Assembly: GCA_002269645.1 (NCBI GenBank)
Contig: NIVC01001896.1
Location: 1 to 64,000, forward strand
Length of the DNA: 64,000 nt
From: Macrostomum lignano
Lineage: Eukaryota
Reading direction: 5' to 3'
Shown: positions 20,857-35,100 of the stretch, one piece after another
How the letters are laid out: each line of letters opens with the position of its first letter
How positions within the stretch are numbered: position 1 is the first letter of the stretch
The notes under the pieces: generated by a model
Seen by the model: the letters and a program-made list of their open reading frames with translations, nothing else
What the model was told of the DNA's origin: nothing
Databases searched by the model: none
Made by a program: the position numbers and the translations under genes

Positions 20857-22453
20857 CTAGGAACAAAATTGGTAATAATTCCGCAGCTTCGTCACTGTCT
20901 GCAGTTTGTGCCGGCTAGCCAGATGCTGCACTATGCCACCCAGTGTGCCCCTGTAGCCATTGTGGAAAAGCTGGCATTGCACCTCCCGCTCTGGGCAACT
21001 GTTCAGATGGTTGCGACGGTCTCGCCTGAGACACTCCAGGCCGCAGTGGGGGCACTGGAATGGCGATTGAGAGATTATCTGCTCCAGAGTGCGGCTGCGG
21101 TGGCACCAGAACACGCGGGATTGGCAGCTTCTCACTGGGCACCTGCATTTGGATTGAGTGGCTGAGTCTTGTAGTGATGGGACTGTTCACCTCCTACAGA
21201 TCCTCGAGGTCTTGAAAGCCAGGTCATAGACTTGTTTAGGAGGATTCTAGATCCTATAGGGGAGATTCTACATGTAGATTTCTATAGGGGAGATTCTAGA
21301 TTTCTATAGGGGAGATTCTAGATTTTATAGGGCATATTCTAGATTTCTATAGGGGAGATTCTAGATTTCTATAGGGGAGATTCTAGATTCCTATAGGGCA
21401 TATTCTAGATTTCTATAGGGGAGATTCTAGATTTCTATAGGGGAGATTCTAGATTTCTATAGGGGAGATTCTAGATTTTATAGGGCATATTCTAGATTTC
21501 TATAGGGGAGATTCTAGATTTCTATAGGGGAGATTCTAGATTCCTATAGGGCATATTCTAGATTTCTATAGGGGAGATTCTAGATTTCTATAGGGGAGAT
21601 TCTAGATTCCTATAGGGCATATTCTAGATTTCTATAGGGGAGATTCTAAATTCCTATAGGGGAGATTCTACATGTAGATTTCTATAGGGGAGATTCTAGA
21701 TTCCTATAGGGCATATTCTAGATTTCTATAGGGGAGATTCTAGATTCCTATAGGGCATATTCTAGATTTCTATAGGGGAGATTCTAAATCTTATTGGGGA
21801 GATTTTAGATTCTATCGCGGGGATTCTAGATCCTATAGGGGAGATTCTAAATCCTGTAGGGGAGATTCTAGATCCTATAGGGGAGATTCTAGATTCTATA
21901 GCGGGGATTCTAGATCCTATAGGGGAGATTCTAAATCCTGTAGGGGAGATTCTAGATCCTATAGGGGACATTCTAGATCCTATAGGTGAGATTCTAGATC
22001 CTTTAGGCGAGATTCTAGATCCTTCATAGGGAAATTTTAGATTCCATAGGAGATTCTACATGTAGATCCTCTAGGGAGATTCTAGCTCCTATAGGGGAGA
22101 TTCTAGATCCTTCATGGGGAGATTTTAGATTTTATAGCGGGGATTCTAGATCCTCTAGGGGATCGAGATTCTAGATTATATAGAGGAGATTCTAGCTTCT
22201 ATAAGAGAGATTCTAGATGCTATAGTAGGATTCTAAATTCTTAACAAAAGAAACAATTATAAATCTCAGGTAAGGAGTTAAGATCCCTCCCGTCTCAGCA
22301 GTACCTTCGCAACAGGCCGCGACCATTCGGGTTCCTCACACAGGTGCCGCACAAAACCCTGTGGCAGCAGTCGGTTTCGAATACCGCCTTGCTAGGCAGC
22401 TGGTCGCAACAGGCGCACTTTAACAATTTGTTGTCAATTGTCGTTAAGGCCAT
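20857..22453 (-). CDS. Small RING-finger + Sina/TRAF-like zinc-finger protein (~144 aa, putative E3 ligase); exons 22453-22305 and 21142-20857
   Basis: Exon 1 reads MALTTIDNKLLKCACCDQLPSKAVFETDCCHRVLCGTCVRNPNGRGLLR, then AG|GTAC. It joins in frame at TGCAG|G to R-CPVRSC...CPHCGLECLRRDRRNHLNSCPEREVQC...QHLASRH, completing the RING across the intron. Confidence 0.75.
21245..22225. repeat. 22-bp minisatellite filling the RING-gene intron
   Basis: Unit ATTCTAGATTTCTATAGGGGAG, about 40 copies. Confidence 0.95.
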
Positions 22454-22882
22454 TTTTCAAGATATGGCAGCTAAATGCTGGAGTTTAAGATTGCTTGCTG
22501 TTTGCCTGGGCTAAATTTGCGTTTGCATTTTTATGCTGGCTGCATTGGATGAGCCTGCTTGAAGACATTTTATTCTCTCTCTGTGTACCCTTTTCTACAA
22601 ACACAGGCTGAGTGTGTGAGCACAAGCCTACGAATAGCACTTAGTGAGCATAAATGTTCAGTGTTTAAGTGTACAGCCGCTAGCTTATTTGAATGGCTCT
22701 CTTTCTTAGAATTTAATTCTCCAGCTCTATCTTAGTTAATCACATGTTGCTGCATTAGCAGTCTCCGTTTACGGTGAATTGTGAATTGTGACACATCACG
22801 GGCTCACAGGTTAAAAGATAAACATGGAGAGGTGGACAGATAGACATTGGGAGGGAGGGCCGGATGCGAAGGCATAGTCATC

Positions 22883-23060
22883 AAGACAGACAAACAGACA
22901 GACAGACAGACAACAGGACAGACAGACAGACAGACAGCAGGACAGACAGCAGGACAGACAGCAGGACAGACAGACAGACAGACAGACAGCAGGACAGACA
23001 GCAGGACAGACAGACAGACAGACAGACAGCAGGACAGACAGACAGACAGACAGACAGCAG

Positions 23061-23100
<40 letters not shown>

Positions 23101-23104
23101 GCAG

Positions 23105-23140
<36 letters not shown>

Positions 23141-23144
23141 GCAG

Positions 23145-23187
<43 letters not shown>

Positions 23188-23188
23188 G

Positions 23189-23227
<39 letters not shown>

Positions 23228-23228
23228 G

Positions 23229-23299
<71 letters not shown>

Positions 23300-23308
23300 G
23301 GACAGACG

Positions 23309-23346
<38 letters not shown>
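22883..23346. repeat. (GACA)n microsatellite
   Basis: About 115 GACA units interrupted by GCAG/CGGA; the TDRQ and CLSV ORFs are artefacts. Confidence 0.98.
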
Positions 23347-24967
23347 TGCATTAAGTTTCAAACTAAAGTAACAAAGCACTGCAAACGCCCTTCGGAATGG
23401 ATCTGCACAAGCCGGCAGGCCGCTTAACCAGAGAGGCCGAGTCTCAAAAGGGAATAAATTTTATTTATTCAATCAAAGCTTTGTTGAAACGACAAAGACA
23501 GCAAAAAGCACATTCATTTTTTTTAAAAACTCTACAATTTGTGTTTCAGTCGAATAATAGGAAAAACAAGGACTAAAAAACTTCTGCAGTGCACTCTGTA
23601 CTTTAGCCAGTGGTATTAACAATAAACATTCTTGTATCTCTGAACGGGTTACAATTAAGGTAAGTTAAGTACTTTTTATTCACTTTTATAACGTACAAAA
23701 CTGAGCAGCAAGCTTTGACCTATATAACTAAAACAAAAGCAGTGAAAAAAATTAACAAGAACAATATTAACATTTAAAGCAACACTAAAGGTTTATGTTC
23801 AAAAAATGTTTTGTTTGTTAAACTGAATAAGGAACAGGGTGGATATTTTTTAATTACAATCATTCGAACTTATTTTACAATTAATACAGATGAGCGTTAT
23901 ACTACTCGTAGCCAAGACCGCTACAAGTAGTAAAGGTGATTTTTTCTGCAAAAGTTCATCCACAGTTATGAATGGTCTAATTGGTTTTATTGTGCAAACA
24001 ACAAGCTAATTTTATTCAAACTGTACAACACAACTGACAAAAAAAATTACCGAAGGAATGATATTCTAAGAAAACAATAAAAAACGAATTTTTTGGCTTT
24101 AAAACAGATGCTATTCAATAGACGAAGACAGCTAACAAAACAAAACAAATTAACAATAACAACATATAAGAAATATTAATCAAATTTTATGTAAGCCTCA
24201 TAAAGGTACAGAGAAATGCTCCTTTGTTGAAAGCAAACTGCCAAGTGGAAAATTTTTATGTTGGGTTCAGGTCTCAGCGTCTCACTCCATAGAAATTGAT
24301 TGTACTTTTAAAGCCTCAGTTTATTGAGAATGAATGAATGACAATTTGATCGTTAATCTTCGTTAAGTACTTTTGAAATTCACTTCTACGAATCGATTTG
24401 ACTTTAACAGTAAATTTTTGCTTAAATTTTAAACTACTTTTATTTAACAAACTTTATTTTTTTGCAAGTGATAATCAACTGTAACTTAACTTAATCTCTT
24501 TTTAGAATAGACTGTGTACTTTTATTCAATGGCCAACTTCTTACATTAATTAGACTTTTTTATTTGAATTGCTCTTCTAAAAATCAGCGTCCTCTTTTAA
24601 AGTGCAATCGGGTCACTTCGAGTCTCTCCCGAAAAAATGTGTTGTACTTTTATGATGTCACTATTAATATTCAATTGTATTTTTAGATTATTATGATTTT
24701 AGTATATTGGATTATATGCTTTAAATTGATTGCAATTTCATAGGGTCTAAAGAGTGAATTATATTGAAGTATTACTTCAAGCTATAATTGAAGTCTAAAG
24801 AGTGAAGCTATGAAATTGCAATGTACTTTTAGACTCTTAACCAACCTTTGAATTGGTTGTACTTTTTTGAGTCTAAAAATCTATCAACCAATTGGTACAT
24901 TTCTGAGTCGGGAAAATATTTCCTACCGCGCTATGAAAATATTTTTAGGTTGATAATATAATTTCTG

Positions 24968-26137
24968 TCAGTACTCCCCGCCGCTGCTGAAATCTCCCTC
25001 ATCCTCTGCGTCGATCAGCATGGCGCCGCCGCCAGCATCAGAGTCGGCTTCGTCTTCGACGTCAATTTGGATTTGCCGTTCCTGATCGGCGGCTGTCGCG
25101 TCGCGTTGGACGTCACGAATTCCTGCAAACTGCCGCTGATGCTGCTCGAGGTGACTCAATGTGACGTTTGAGTCCTCTGGGATGGTAACAAACGGAGTGA
25201 TAGATCAACGCTCAGATCACTGAGCCTCATCAGCTGTTTGTGATCTCACTAAAATCAACTAACTGCGCATCGTTGTGATTGACACTCGCAAGGTCGCTCT
25301 TTTCTATCTGCTAACTTCATTTGTTCATTATATGGCTTTTATATTGCTCATTGTCATTCTCTCTTCACTCTCTCTGTCACTCTTCGGTCAGCACTCTGTC
25401 ACTCTTCCACGCACTCTTTTTGTCCCTCTGCCTATCACTGTCTCTACCTATCACTCTATCTGTCACTCTGCTTATCACTTTGTCACTCTGCCTATCACTC
25501 TATCTGTCACTCTGCCTGTCACTTTATCTGTCACTCTGCCTATCACTCTATTTTTCTTAATTTATTTATGTCACACTCCCCCGTCACTCACCCGCTGTTC
25601 CACCCGAGCCGGTCACTCCGGTCATCGAACCCACAGTCGACGCCGCCATCCACAGCTGCTGCTGCTGCTGCTGCTGTTTCTGCTGCAGCTTGAGTCCCAG
25701 GCCAGCCACCGCCGAAGAAGGCGCGGCTGTCGCGGCCGGCGCCGCTGCTGCAGCACTGGGGGAGCTCTTGCCCCGACCTTTCACCAGGTCTTTGTACTCG
25801 GACACGCGCAGCTTTCGGCCGTCCAATATGCAGGTGCGCTTCGGCCTGGGTCGGTAGCGATAATCCGGATGCTGCTCCATGTGCACCCGCGACAACCGCG
25901 ACTGCTCCTCGTAGAATGGCTGCTTCTCCTCGGCTGTCATGGCCTTCCACTTGGCCCCGAGAATCTTCGAGATGCTGGAGTTGTGCATGTCCGGGCAGGC
26001 CTTGAGAATCTTGCGCCGCTCCTCCCGGGCCCACACCATGAAGGCGTTCATCGGGCGCTTGACGTGATGGCTGCCGCGGCTCGACTGGGACTGCTGGTTG
26101 CCGGGCTTGCTTGATGCCAGCTTGCGGGGAGTCTGTG

Positions 26138-26179
<42 letters not shown>

Positions 26180-29100
26180 TCTGTTGCTTCTGCTGCTGCT
26201 GTGGCGGCTTGGGAGACGATTTCGAATGCGTCGATGGCGGCGGATGAGGCGACAGACTCTGCGATGCGTCAGCTTCCGACAAGGAAATGTCCGGCATGTC
26301 GCCCAGAATGGCGGATGGATTCTGGTGATGATGACTGAGCAGTGAGTGATGATGTTGCTGCTGCTGCTGCTGCTGCTGCTGGATGAGCTGCAAATTTGGT
26401 ATCGATAGAGTTTAGGTTGCCATGCCAAACTAGATTCGTATAAGCTTTATAACAGTAGCTATTTCTTAGAAAATTTTAATCCTCACCTGCACAGTGGGCT
26501 GTTGGTTGTAGAGGCCCAGACTTCCAGGAGGCAGCGACAGACCGTGAGCTGCCGCTGCGGCTAGCAGAAACTCTTGCTGCTGCTGTTGCTGCTGCTGCTG
26601 CCCGGCAGTGACTGCAGGCAGACTAAAATTTGTTTAAATTTGTTTCAAAATATTTTGTTGACTTCGTTGACTTTGTCCAAACTAGTTTCCTTTCCAAGCT
26701 TAAATAATTTATTTGAAATGAAATCTGTTTTTTAAATCACCGCCTTTCCGCAACTTACTAAAGTGCAAATATCCCAATTCCAAATCTTCACTTTTCAAAT
26801 ATCCCTTTCCAAATCTCCTTATTCCAAATCTCCTTATTCCAAATCTCCTTATTCCAAATCTCCTTTTTCCAAATCTCCCATTCCAAATCTCCCATTCCAA
26901 ATCTTCCCATTCCAAATCTCCCCTTTCCAAATCTCCCCTTTCCAAATCTCCCCTTTCCAAATCTCCCCTTTCAAAATCTTCCCTTTCCAAATCTCCCCTT
27001 TCCAAATCTTCCCTTTCCAAATCTCCCCTTTCCAAATCTCCCCTTTCCAAATCTACCCAATACCGAATCTTCCCATTCCAAATCTCCTATTCCAAATCTC
27101 CCTTTTCCAAAACTCCCCAAATCTCTCCATTCCAAATCTCCCCTTTCCAAATCTCCTTAAATCTCCCCTTTTTAAATATCGTTAATAATTTTTCAAATTC
27201 TTAAACATCCGAAGAATCCCAAACTATATAACTTTATTATCACACCTTTAAAAATATGTAAAAATTCCGCAAAAGGGTCTACAGGCAAAGAAAGAGACAA
27301 GAACGGCCACTTTGTAATCGCTAAGCTGATGACTCACCTCAGCTGACTAAAGGCTGCCTGCTGCTGTTGCTGCTGCTGCTGCTGCAGAGGTGGCGCAGGC
27401 AGCGTCAGCCCAGCTGCAGCCAGCAGGCTTGCCACCTGTTGCTCCTGCTGGCTGGCCAACGAAATCTTGCCGCCCGTAGTCAAGGCGACCGACTCGTCGC
27501 CCCCCTGACAGCAGCGGGTGGTGGCCGTCCGAAGACCCAGCCGGGGCTTCTTGGACAAATCCTGTTGGCAATTGGAGATGAGAGTTGGGCAGAATTTCCC
27601 GTTATCAGCTTAGTCACAAAGGGGTCGAGCCAACCCCCCCCCATCCCCCAAGTAGTGATTGCGCAACTTTCCAAACCGAAAGGAAGAATCGAAAGAGGAA
27701 AGAAGGGAAACTCGAGAAGACGCGTCGCGTCAGGGAGCTCTGCATTCGCTACAGCACAATGGTGTGCTACGTAGGAACTTCGTGGCGAATTTTAAAGAAA
27801 TTTTTGGTTGGTTGTATGTACCTGTTGTGGATGCCAAGAGGCTAGAGCCGTTCTGCGAATATATTGTTTATTAAACGTCATCATATCTAACTCAGGATTT
27901 TATTTTCACCGATTTTAGTCGCATGAATTCCTGGAGTTCCTGGTCCCGCTGTTAGTTAATAAACCCCACTGATTCAGCCACTGATGATGCTAACAGCCTA
28001 GCTAAGCAGCTGGGTTACTAAAAGCCCGTTGGTTACCAAGCCAGCGCGCATGTTCCCTTGAATCCCGCGGGCCAGTCTGCCCTGTCATACACACTGGCTG
28101 ACCAGAATTCTCCCCCAGGACAGGACAGGCTCAAAAAGGTAAACAGATGATGTAATAGACAGCATGATTGCCTTCATGCTGGGGGGAGAGAAGGGAAAAG
28201 ATGAAAATTGGAAAATTGGACGGGCAGAAAAAGACAAAGAAAGAAAACATTGCGAATTTCAAAGACTGGAAATTTGTCCCATCCTCCCAGTCGGTTGCTA
28301 TGCCGAGGCGGGGGACCCTAATAGCCTAAAATGGCCCTTTATAGCTAATCCACTTTCCAGGAAACAATTATAAGTCTGTCTGTTAATCCAGTTTCTAGGA
28401 AACAATTATAAGTCTGTCTGTTCATCCAGTTTCCAAGAAACAATTATAAGTCTGTCTGTCTTCCTGACTAATCGGTCGGGACTCGAGCATGGGACCTAAC
28501 CGGCTCAGGACTTGAAAGCAGCATCAAGATTTATCGGGAAGAAAAATTCTAACAAAAAATTTCCAAATGCAAAAATTATGAATTTGTCTGCCTTAGAATT
28601 CGTCTTTTCTCTAGGAAAGAAGAATTCAAAGATAAATAATTGCTACAAGCATCAGGTGTAGCGAGAGATTGTTTTTTTCTTTCTATAAGCCTCTGGTGCC
28701 CCAGGTGGATTTTTTGGTATTCAAAACAACACAAAAGGCTAGCAAAACAAGAATCGTTTTGTTTAAAAAAGGCCGCCTTTGACGAATTGGAACAGGGTGA
28801 GACGCGTGATCAATTTGTCTCCGTGTTGAGGCAATCGGTTATTTTGCATCGCGAAATCAGAAATTGGAAAAATTAGGATAATTGGGAAAGCATAGTTTGG
28901 AAATCTAGCGTTATTTCAGGGGATTTTCAACTCTTGGGAAATTTTGAACTCTAGAGGGAATTTTAAACTATGGGGAATTTAAAACGGGGGAATTTTTAAA
29001 CTGTGGTGAGTTTTGAACCATGGGGAAATTTAAATTTTTTAAAATAAAGCCTGGGGGATTTTAAGCTGAATTTCGAAGAAAAGTACTTTCTCGCCATACC

Positions 29101-32100
29101 TGCAGTTCGCTTAACGGACTGTCTGGCGGCATCTCTTTGATCTTGATTGGTTTCGGCCGCGACAGATTCAGCGGCGTCGCAGGGTCCCGGTTGTCGTCGT
29201 CAAGTTTTATACTGTCGGTTGCTAGGCAACTGTTGCTAAGATCACAAATTTGCTGCTGAGGACTCTGCAAGAGGTGGGTTAAGTTGAGTAGAATTATTAA
29301 TAACTATATTTTTATGTACACTCTCTGTGACTTGGTGGGCTGGCATGAACCGCACGACAACCATTCAGCCAATTTTCGTGCACAACAAGCCCCAAAGGGG
29401 TCGCGCGTTTACCGCTGCCTCATCCGCGGTTCCCACGCAAATCAGAGCCGCTCTTCCAATAGACTCTGCCCAATAGCGAAATGCTTTCAAAGTCCCGTTG
29501 CCGATACTCCTGGTATGTTGGGCCTCTCTAATGTGTGTCCCCCCCCCCAGTTCGCCTGGCGGCACCCGAGAGTCAACCATCTGCTCCGAGTCCCTGAGGC
29601 TTTTAGTAGGAGAAAGAAGAAAAACTCCCAGATGAAGCGAAGATTCTTTCCGTCCGTGCCTCTATTTCTAAAAACTCCAAGCCACCCTCTTTCTTCTTCT
29701 TATTTCACAATTGAGGAAAGAGCAGCACGGGAGTTGGGTTCGGTCCGAAGTAAAGCTACTTCTCGATAATCGACACAGCTGCTCTATAATCCGAGGCTCT
29801 AAGCGTCATCAGCGAAGCTGGAGGGGAGGGAGGGGGCGGCGAGCCGAAACGAAGAAGAACAAAGGGGCTGAGCTGAGAGAACGGGGCTGGGCTTTTAAAT
29901 CTCGGCCGGGGGAAAATGAATTGGATGGAGAATTACGACGGCGGCTGCTGCTCGAGCGATGACGTCATAACATACGGCTCGATGGGGCAATCCAGCTATG
30001 GAGGGCCAGACAGGGCCTGGGGACATCTGCGCTAGCAGGCAGGGCCGACACGCACATGTATTGAGAGAGAGAGAGTTCGGTATTGTAAAAATCGAATGAA
30101 AAACTTCGAGGCCACAATGGACGGGACTGTGGGAATAAAGCGAAACGTTGATGGGAAAAGAGGGGAGGCGCGCGCGCGCACATGCAGATTCCGGAAAGGC
30201 TGGAGTATAATTAGGCTGGGAATTAGGCTGCAGCCTCTCTGCACGAATGGGCTTCTGCTTTGATTCTCCAAAGGTTCCGCCGTGTTGCGAGTTCGGTTTT
30301 ATCAATTTCTATGCGAGATATCGCTGACATTCGCGAGTTCAATTCTTTGTAATATTCCCTTAACTATGAAACAATTTTTTGTCTTATAGAAGAAACTCCT
30401 AATTCCGACTAATTAACTATTAATTACGAGCTAGAAGCATCGCTGTTGATTTTACCAACTGAGTCTGGCTGAGACAGAATGGATACCCAAGTTTGGTAAA
30501 TTGTTTTTTCTGCAATACAGACCCAACATGGGCTCCGTGAGTTTTTTATCCGGATTTCATGGTATAGCTAAACAAAAAATCCACTCACCAACCGAGTAAA
30601 GAAAGACAAGGAAACGAGGACTCGAGGATAATGAGAATGATAAAAAAGTGAGCAAGCAGACGGCGCACATCGACTCAAAGCGCGAATTTTGTGAGGCTGT
30701 GAATTTATCTAGAAAACAGCCGGGCCCAAGTGGGTGAAGCTCGCAGGTGGCTGAGGAGACACGCTGGTTGCCCCCTGTGCTTCTGGTTCAGCCTAATTCT
30801 TTGCCTAGGAAATTTCCACGAGAAAACACTTTGGCTCAGACTGCAGGTTGTCGGTTTGAGTTGTCAGCTACTTCTTAAGTTTATGCTAAGACTTTAACCG
30901 AATCATGAATTGTGCTCAAGTAGAAAGACGCTTGTACATTTAATTTTCTTAGAAAGGTCTTCTTTTGGAGGCCGTTTTGTTTAGAGTTCTTGTACTAATT
31001 TTGTTAAGATAAATATACGTTCCTGACCGGCCTACAAAAGAAGGCCTTTCCAAGAAAATCAAGTGAAATTGTCTAACAATCGAAAAATACCAAAAAATAA
31101 TAACGTAAACTAGGGGTCTATTTATTGTAAGGCCCATAGTTTGAAGTTTTCCACGGTTTGGATTGTGTAGGCGAAGCATGAGGGGAACAAAGATCCAGAC
31201 AGTTGGCAGTATAAATGGTGAATTGGAAGATCGAGGATTAATCAATCTCCATCCCTGGGGGATGTAAATAAAAGCATTAGAAACAAGGAGACAAAGGGAA
31301 GGGGCCGGGGCTGTAACAGGCCCTGGGGCGAATTCGATTCTGCTGATGGACCAGGCGGGCAGCCATAAGACTATTAATATAGATGGACAAGCTGGGCCGG
31401 CCCTGGGTCACAGCGCAAGGACGCCTAAAGCTAACGAACTTTGGACTGGAAATGAAATTTGCCTTCACAGATGAGTTTTATTTAAAATTGCCTTCAATTT
31501 TACTGTATGGTGTGTTTTAGTCAGGACATCATATATTTTGTTCAAATGTAGAAAAAGTTTGAAGGAGGCCTTCATACAAAGGACAGTGCCCCCTCCAAGG
31601 ACAGTGCCCCCTCTAAGGACAGTGCCCCTTCCAAGGATACTGTCCACTCCATTGACAGTGCCCCCTCCAAGGATATTGTCCACTCCAAGGACAGTGCCCC
31701 ATCCAAGGATAGTGCCCCCTCCAAGGATATTGTCCACTCCAAGGATAGTGCCCCCTCCAAGGATATTGTCCACTCCAAGGATATTGTCCACTCCAAGGAC
31801 AGTGCCCCATCCAAGGATATTGTCCACTCCAAGGACAGTGCCCCCTCCAAGGACAGTGCCCCCTCCAAGGACAGTGCCCCCTCCAAGGATATTGTCCACT
31901 CCAAGGACAGTGCCCCATCCAAGGACAGTGCCCCCTCCAAGGATATTTTCCACTCCAAGGACAGTGCCCCATCCAAGGACAGTAGCCCCTCCAAGGATAT
32001 TGTCCACTCCAAGGACAGTGCCCCATCCAAGGACAGTAGCCCCTCCAAGGACAGTGCCCCCTTCGAGGAAAGAGCCCCCTCCGAGGACAGTGTAAACTCC

Positions 32101-35100
32101 AAGGACATCCAAAGAAGGCATGGACTCCAGAAACTTGCATTTAGATTGGAAATTTTCAATTTTTTCTACCGCTAAATATCCTTCCCCAGTCCAAGTGATT
32201 GCTTCAAGGCGTCCCTGGTGCGAGGCTCGCGTGGGAGGTTTCCAGCCACATGTGTGGGGAATCAAACCTCTGCCTCCTGGCTCTCTAGGGCTACACTTTT
32301 ATGTATTTTGCTCTCTCCCTACAGCTCGAGCAGCCCAGCGCAGAGTGATTGACTGCATAAACAGAACGCCTTGAGCGGGGGCAGCCAGTCTACAAGGCAG
32401 AGATCAGACCCCATGCAGCCCTCTCTAACCCTCCAGTTAGCTGATCCCTATTTGCTCGGCCCCTGGGGATCTGCAGGCAACAGTTTGGGAATTAATTATG
32501 CATCAGGTAGACACTGGGCGAGCTACACACGGAAACTGGAGAATAAAAATTGAAATTGGAAGAGAAGAATGACTCGCTCGGAGCAGTCTGCTGCATGGGC
32601 TGTCGTTAACCGCAAGCAACAGACGGATGCGCATCAGGCTTTGTCTTGGCAGGCATCGCAATTGACAGATTCGAATCCCCAAAGGGTTTTGAAGCGATCT
32701 TCCCAGCAATGGACTGTCTGCCCAGGGTCCTATTCAGTCTCCCCGTATAGACAAAGGCGACCACCGCCACAGCTGGAGGGGAAAAGTCAAGACGGATATT
32801 CAAACTAAAAGCAAGATCATTTTTAAGAGAGAGCTTTGTTCCGGCTCCTCCACCGCCGCCCGATCGCAATCGCTTCTGTTGTTCGACTTTGGCGAGAACG
32901 ACAAGAGCCTCGCCCAAGCCACATCGCATCTCAGGAACAAGAATTGAAATTCGATCTCCCGTTTGGGAGCGAAGGCAAAGCGAAATTGAGATTGCACAAC
33001 CCAATTCCCTCTCCCTCCTCCGCGATGCAGTTCGGCCTTCAATTCCATCCTCGAGAGCCGGGGCTCTTTGTGTCCGGAACCGGCCGCTAAACTCGTCGAG
33101 AGGGAAAGGGGAACCGCGCGCCCAACTACGGGTTCTTGGAGAAGTTTGCAGAGCCGACTGGCGCGAGCTAAAATTATAGTCCGGGGCCTCCTGCAGTTTC
33201 GGAATTTCGGCTGAAGCTTTCCTGCCACCACAGATCAGGAAGGAAATGAAACGGGATTAAATTACCACGCAGTTCGGGGTAATAATACTAATAATAATAT
33301 TATTATTATGAATTCTAAAGTCTATAATTACGGCCACGCGAAGTTGCATTGTGGTAAACAAGGAACAAAGAGTTATAAAGACAAAGACACGCTGCCAGCA
33401 AAAGAAGAATAATGGCCGGTGTTTTCTTATAGCAGAAGAAGAAAGAGAGCAGGAGAAAGTGTCAGAGACTGGAGAATCGTAAACAAGATCTGAGCAGTTT
33501 GGGATGCAGAAATGGCAATATGAAATATTATATTACGCGAAATGGCCTGGGCCATATGCCGTCTTATTATATAATGGGGTGAGACTTGAGGCTTATCCAG
33601 AGTTTGAGCTCGAAAATTGAGCAACCAACCCCACCAAAGAGGCATCCACGAGCCTGCCTTTAGTATAAGCAGCATCACACATACAGGGACTCAAAGATTC
33701 CCGAGAGATGGGAACTAAAACCCCTCACCCCACCCTAAACTCCCCGAGCAGTCAATTGAAAAGCACTCAGTTATAGGGAGGGTCCATTATTACCACGCTC
33801 GTACTCCAAAAACGATTTTATATTTATTATATATAGTATTTGTGAGCCTGAACGCCGTAAAAATGAGTTACGAATCTCGGAGCTTGATTTTTGTTAGAGC
33901 ATATGGTCGGTCACAGATCTATTGCTCATTCTTATCTTTAGCTGAATACGCTCGTATATATCGTCTGAAAAGGTTGAGTCACAGAGTATCTCAATGTATA
34001 GACGATAAGTTTGTCATTGTCTGTGTCTGTCTATCGCTAAGTCCTCATTGTCTGTCTATGGCTCAGTGTCTCACTGTCTATGGCTCAGTGTGTCTCACTG
34101 TCTATGGCTCAGTGTCTCACTGTCTATGGCTCAGTGTGTCTCACTGTCTATGGCTCAGTGTGTCTCACTGTCTATGGCTCAGTGTGTCTCACTGTCTATG
34201 ACTCAGTGTGTCTCACTGTCTATGGCTCAGTGTGTCTCACTGTCTATGGCTCAGTGTGTCTCACTGTCTATGGCTCAGTGTGTCTCACTGTCTATGGCTC
34301 AGTGTGTCTCACTGTCTATGACTCAGTGTGTCTCACTGTCTATGGCTCAGTGTGTCTCACTGTCTATGGCTCAGTGTGTCTCACTGTCTATGACTCAGTG
34401 TGTCTCACTGTCTATGGCTCAGTGTGTCTCACTGTCTATGCCTCAGTGTGTCTCACTGTCTATGGCTCAGTGTGTCTCACTGTCTATGCCTCAGTGTGTC
34501 TCACTGTCTATGGCTCAGTGTGTCTCACTGTCTATGGCTCAGTGTCTCACTGTCTATGGCTCAGTGTGTCTCACTGTCTATGACTCAGTGTGTCTCACTG
34601 TCTATGGCTCAGTGTGTCTCACTGTCTATGGCTCAGTGTGTCTCACTGTCTATGACTCAGTGTGTCTCACTGTCTATGGCTCAGTGTGTCTCACTGTCTA
34701 TGCCTCAGTGTGTCTCACTGTCTATGGCTCAGTGTGTCTCACTGTCTATGGCTCAGTGTCTCACTGTCTATGGCTCAGTGTGTCTCACTGTCTATGGCTC
34801 AGTGTGTCTCACTGTCTATGGCTCAGTGTCTCACTGTCTATGGCTCAGTGGTGTCTCACTGTCTATGCCTCAGTGTGTCTCACTGTCTATTGCTCAGTGT
34901 GTCTCACTGTCTATGGCTCAGTGTGTCTCACTGTCTATGGCTCAGTGTCTGACTGTCTGTCTTTAGCTTAAGCGTCTCATTGTCTTCAAATACAATATAA
35001 GCGCAAAAAACTTTCCAATGCAATTTGCTGCACCAACCTGCACGGAAACTTCTATATTAGTCACTCGATATGTCAGAGTCAAGTTATTATAAACGCGCAA

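Noticed and set aside
20800-21190. Plus-strand ORF 20800-21165 and minus-strand ORF 20915-21190
   Set aside because: They are shadow frames of the RING-gene exon 2; only the Cys/His-patterned frame splices to exon 1.
22804-23427. Long TDRQ/CLSV ORFs, and likewise the repeat ORFs at 31.5, 34, 39, 48.5 and 55.4 kb
   Set aside because: They are translations of micro/minisatellites and open in several frames at once.
27975-28015. CTGATGA followed by the stem GCTA/TAGC and CAGCTG, a possible second hammerhead
   Set aside because: The required GAAA is TAAG and no cleavage triplet or stem I can be formed; the CTGATGA hairpins at ~43772 and ~25230 (-) fail in the same way.
32800-33004. [10 protein letters not shown] segment as a possible SoxD coiled-coil exon
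   Set aside because: No convincing acceptor/donor pair in the right phase, and the similarity is too short.
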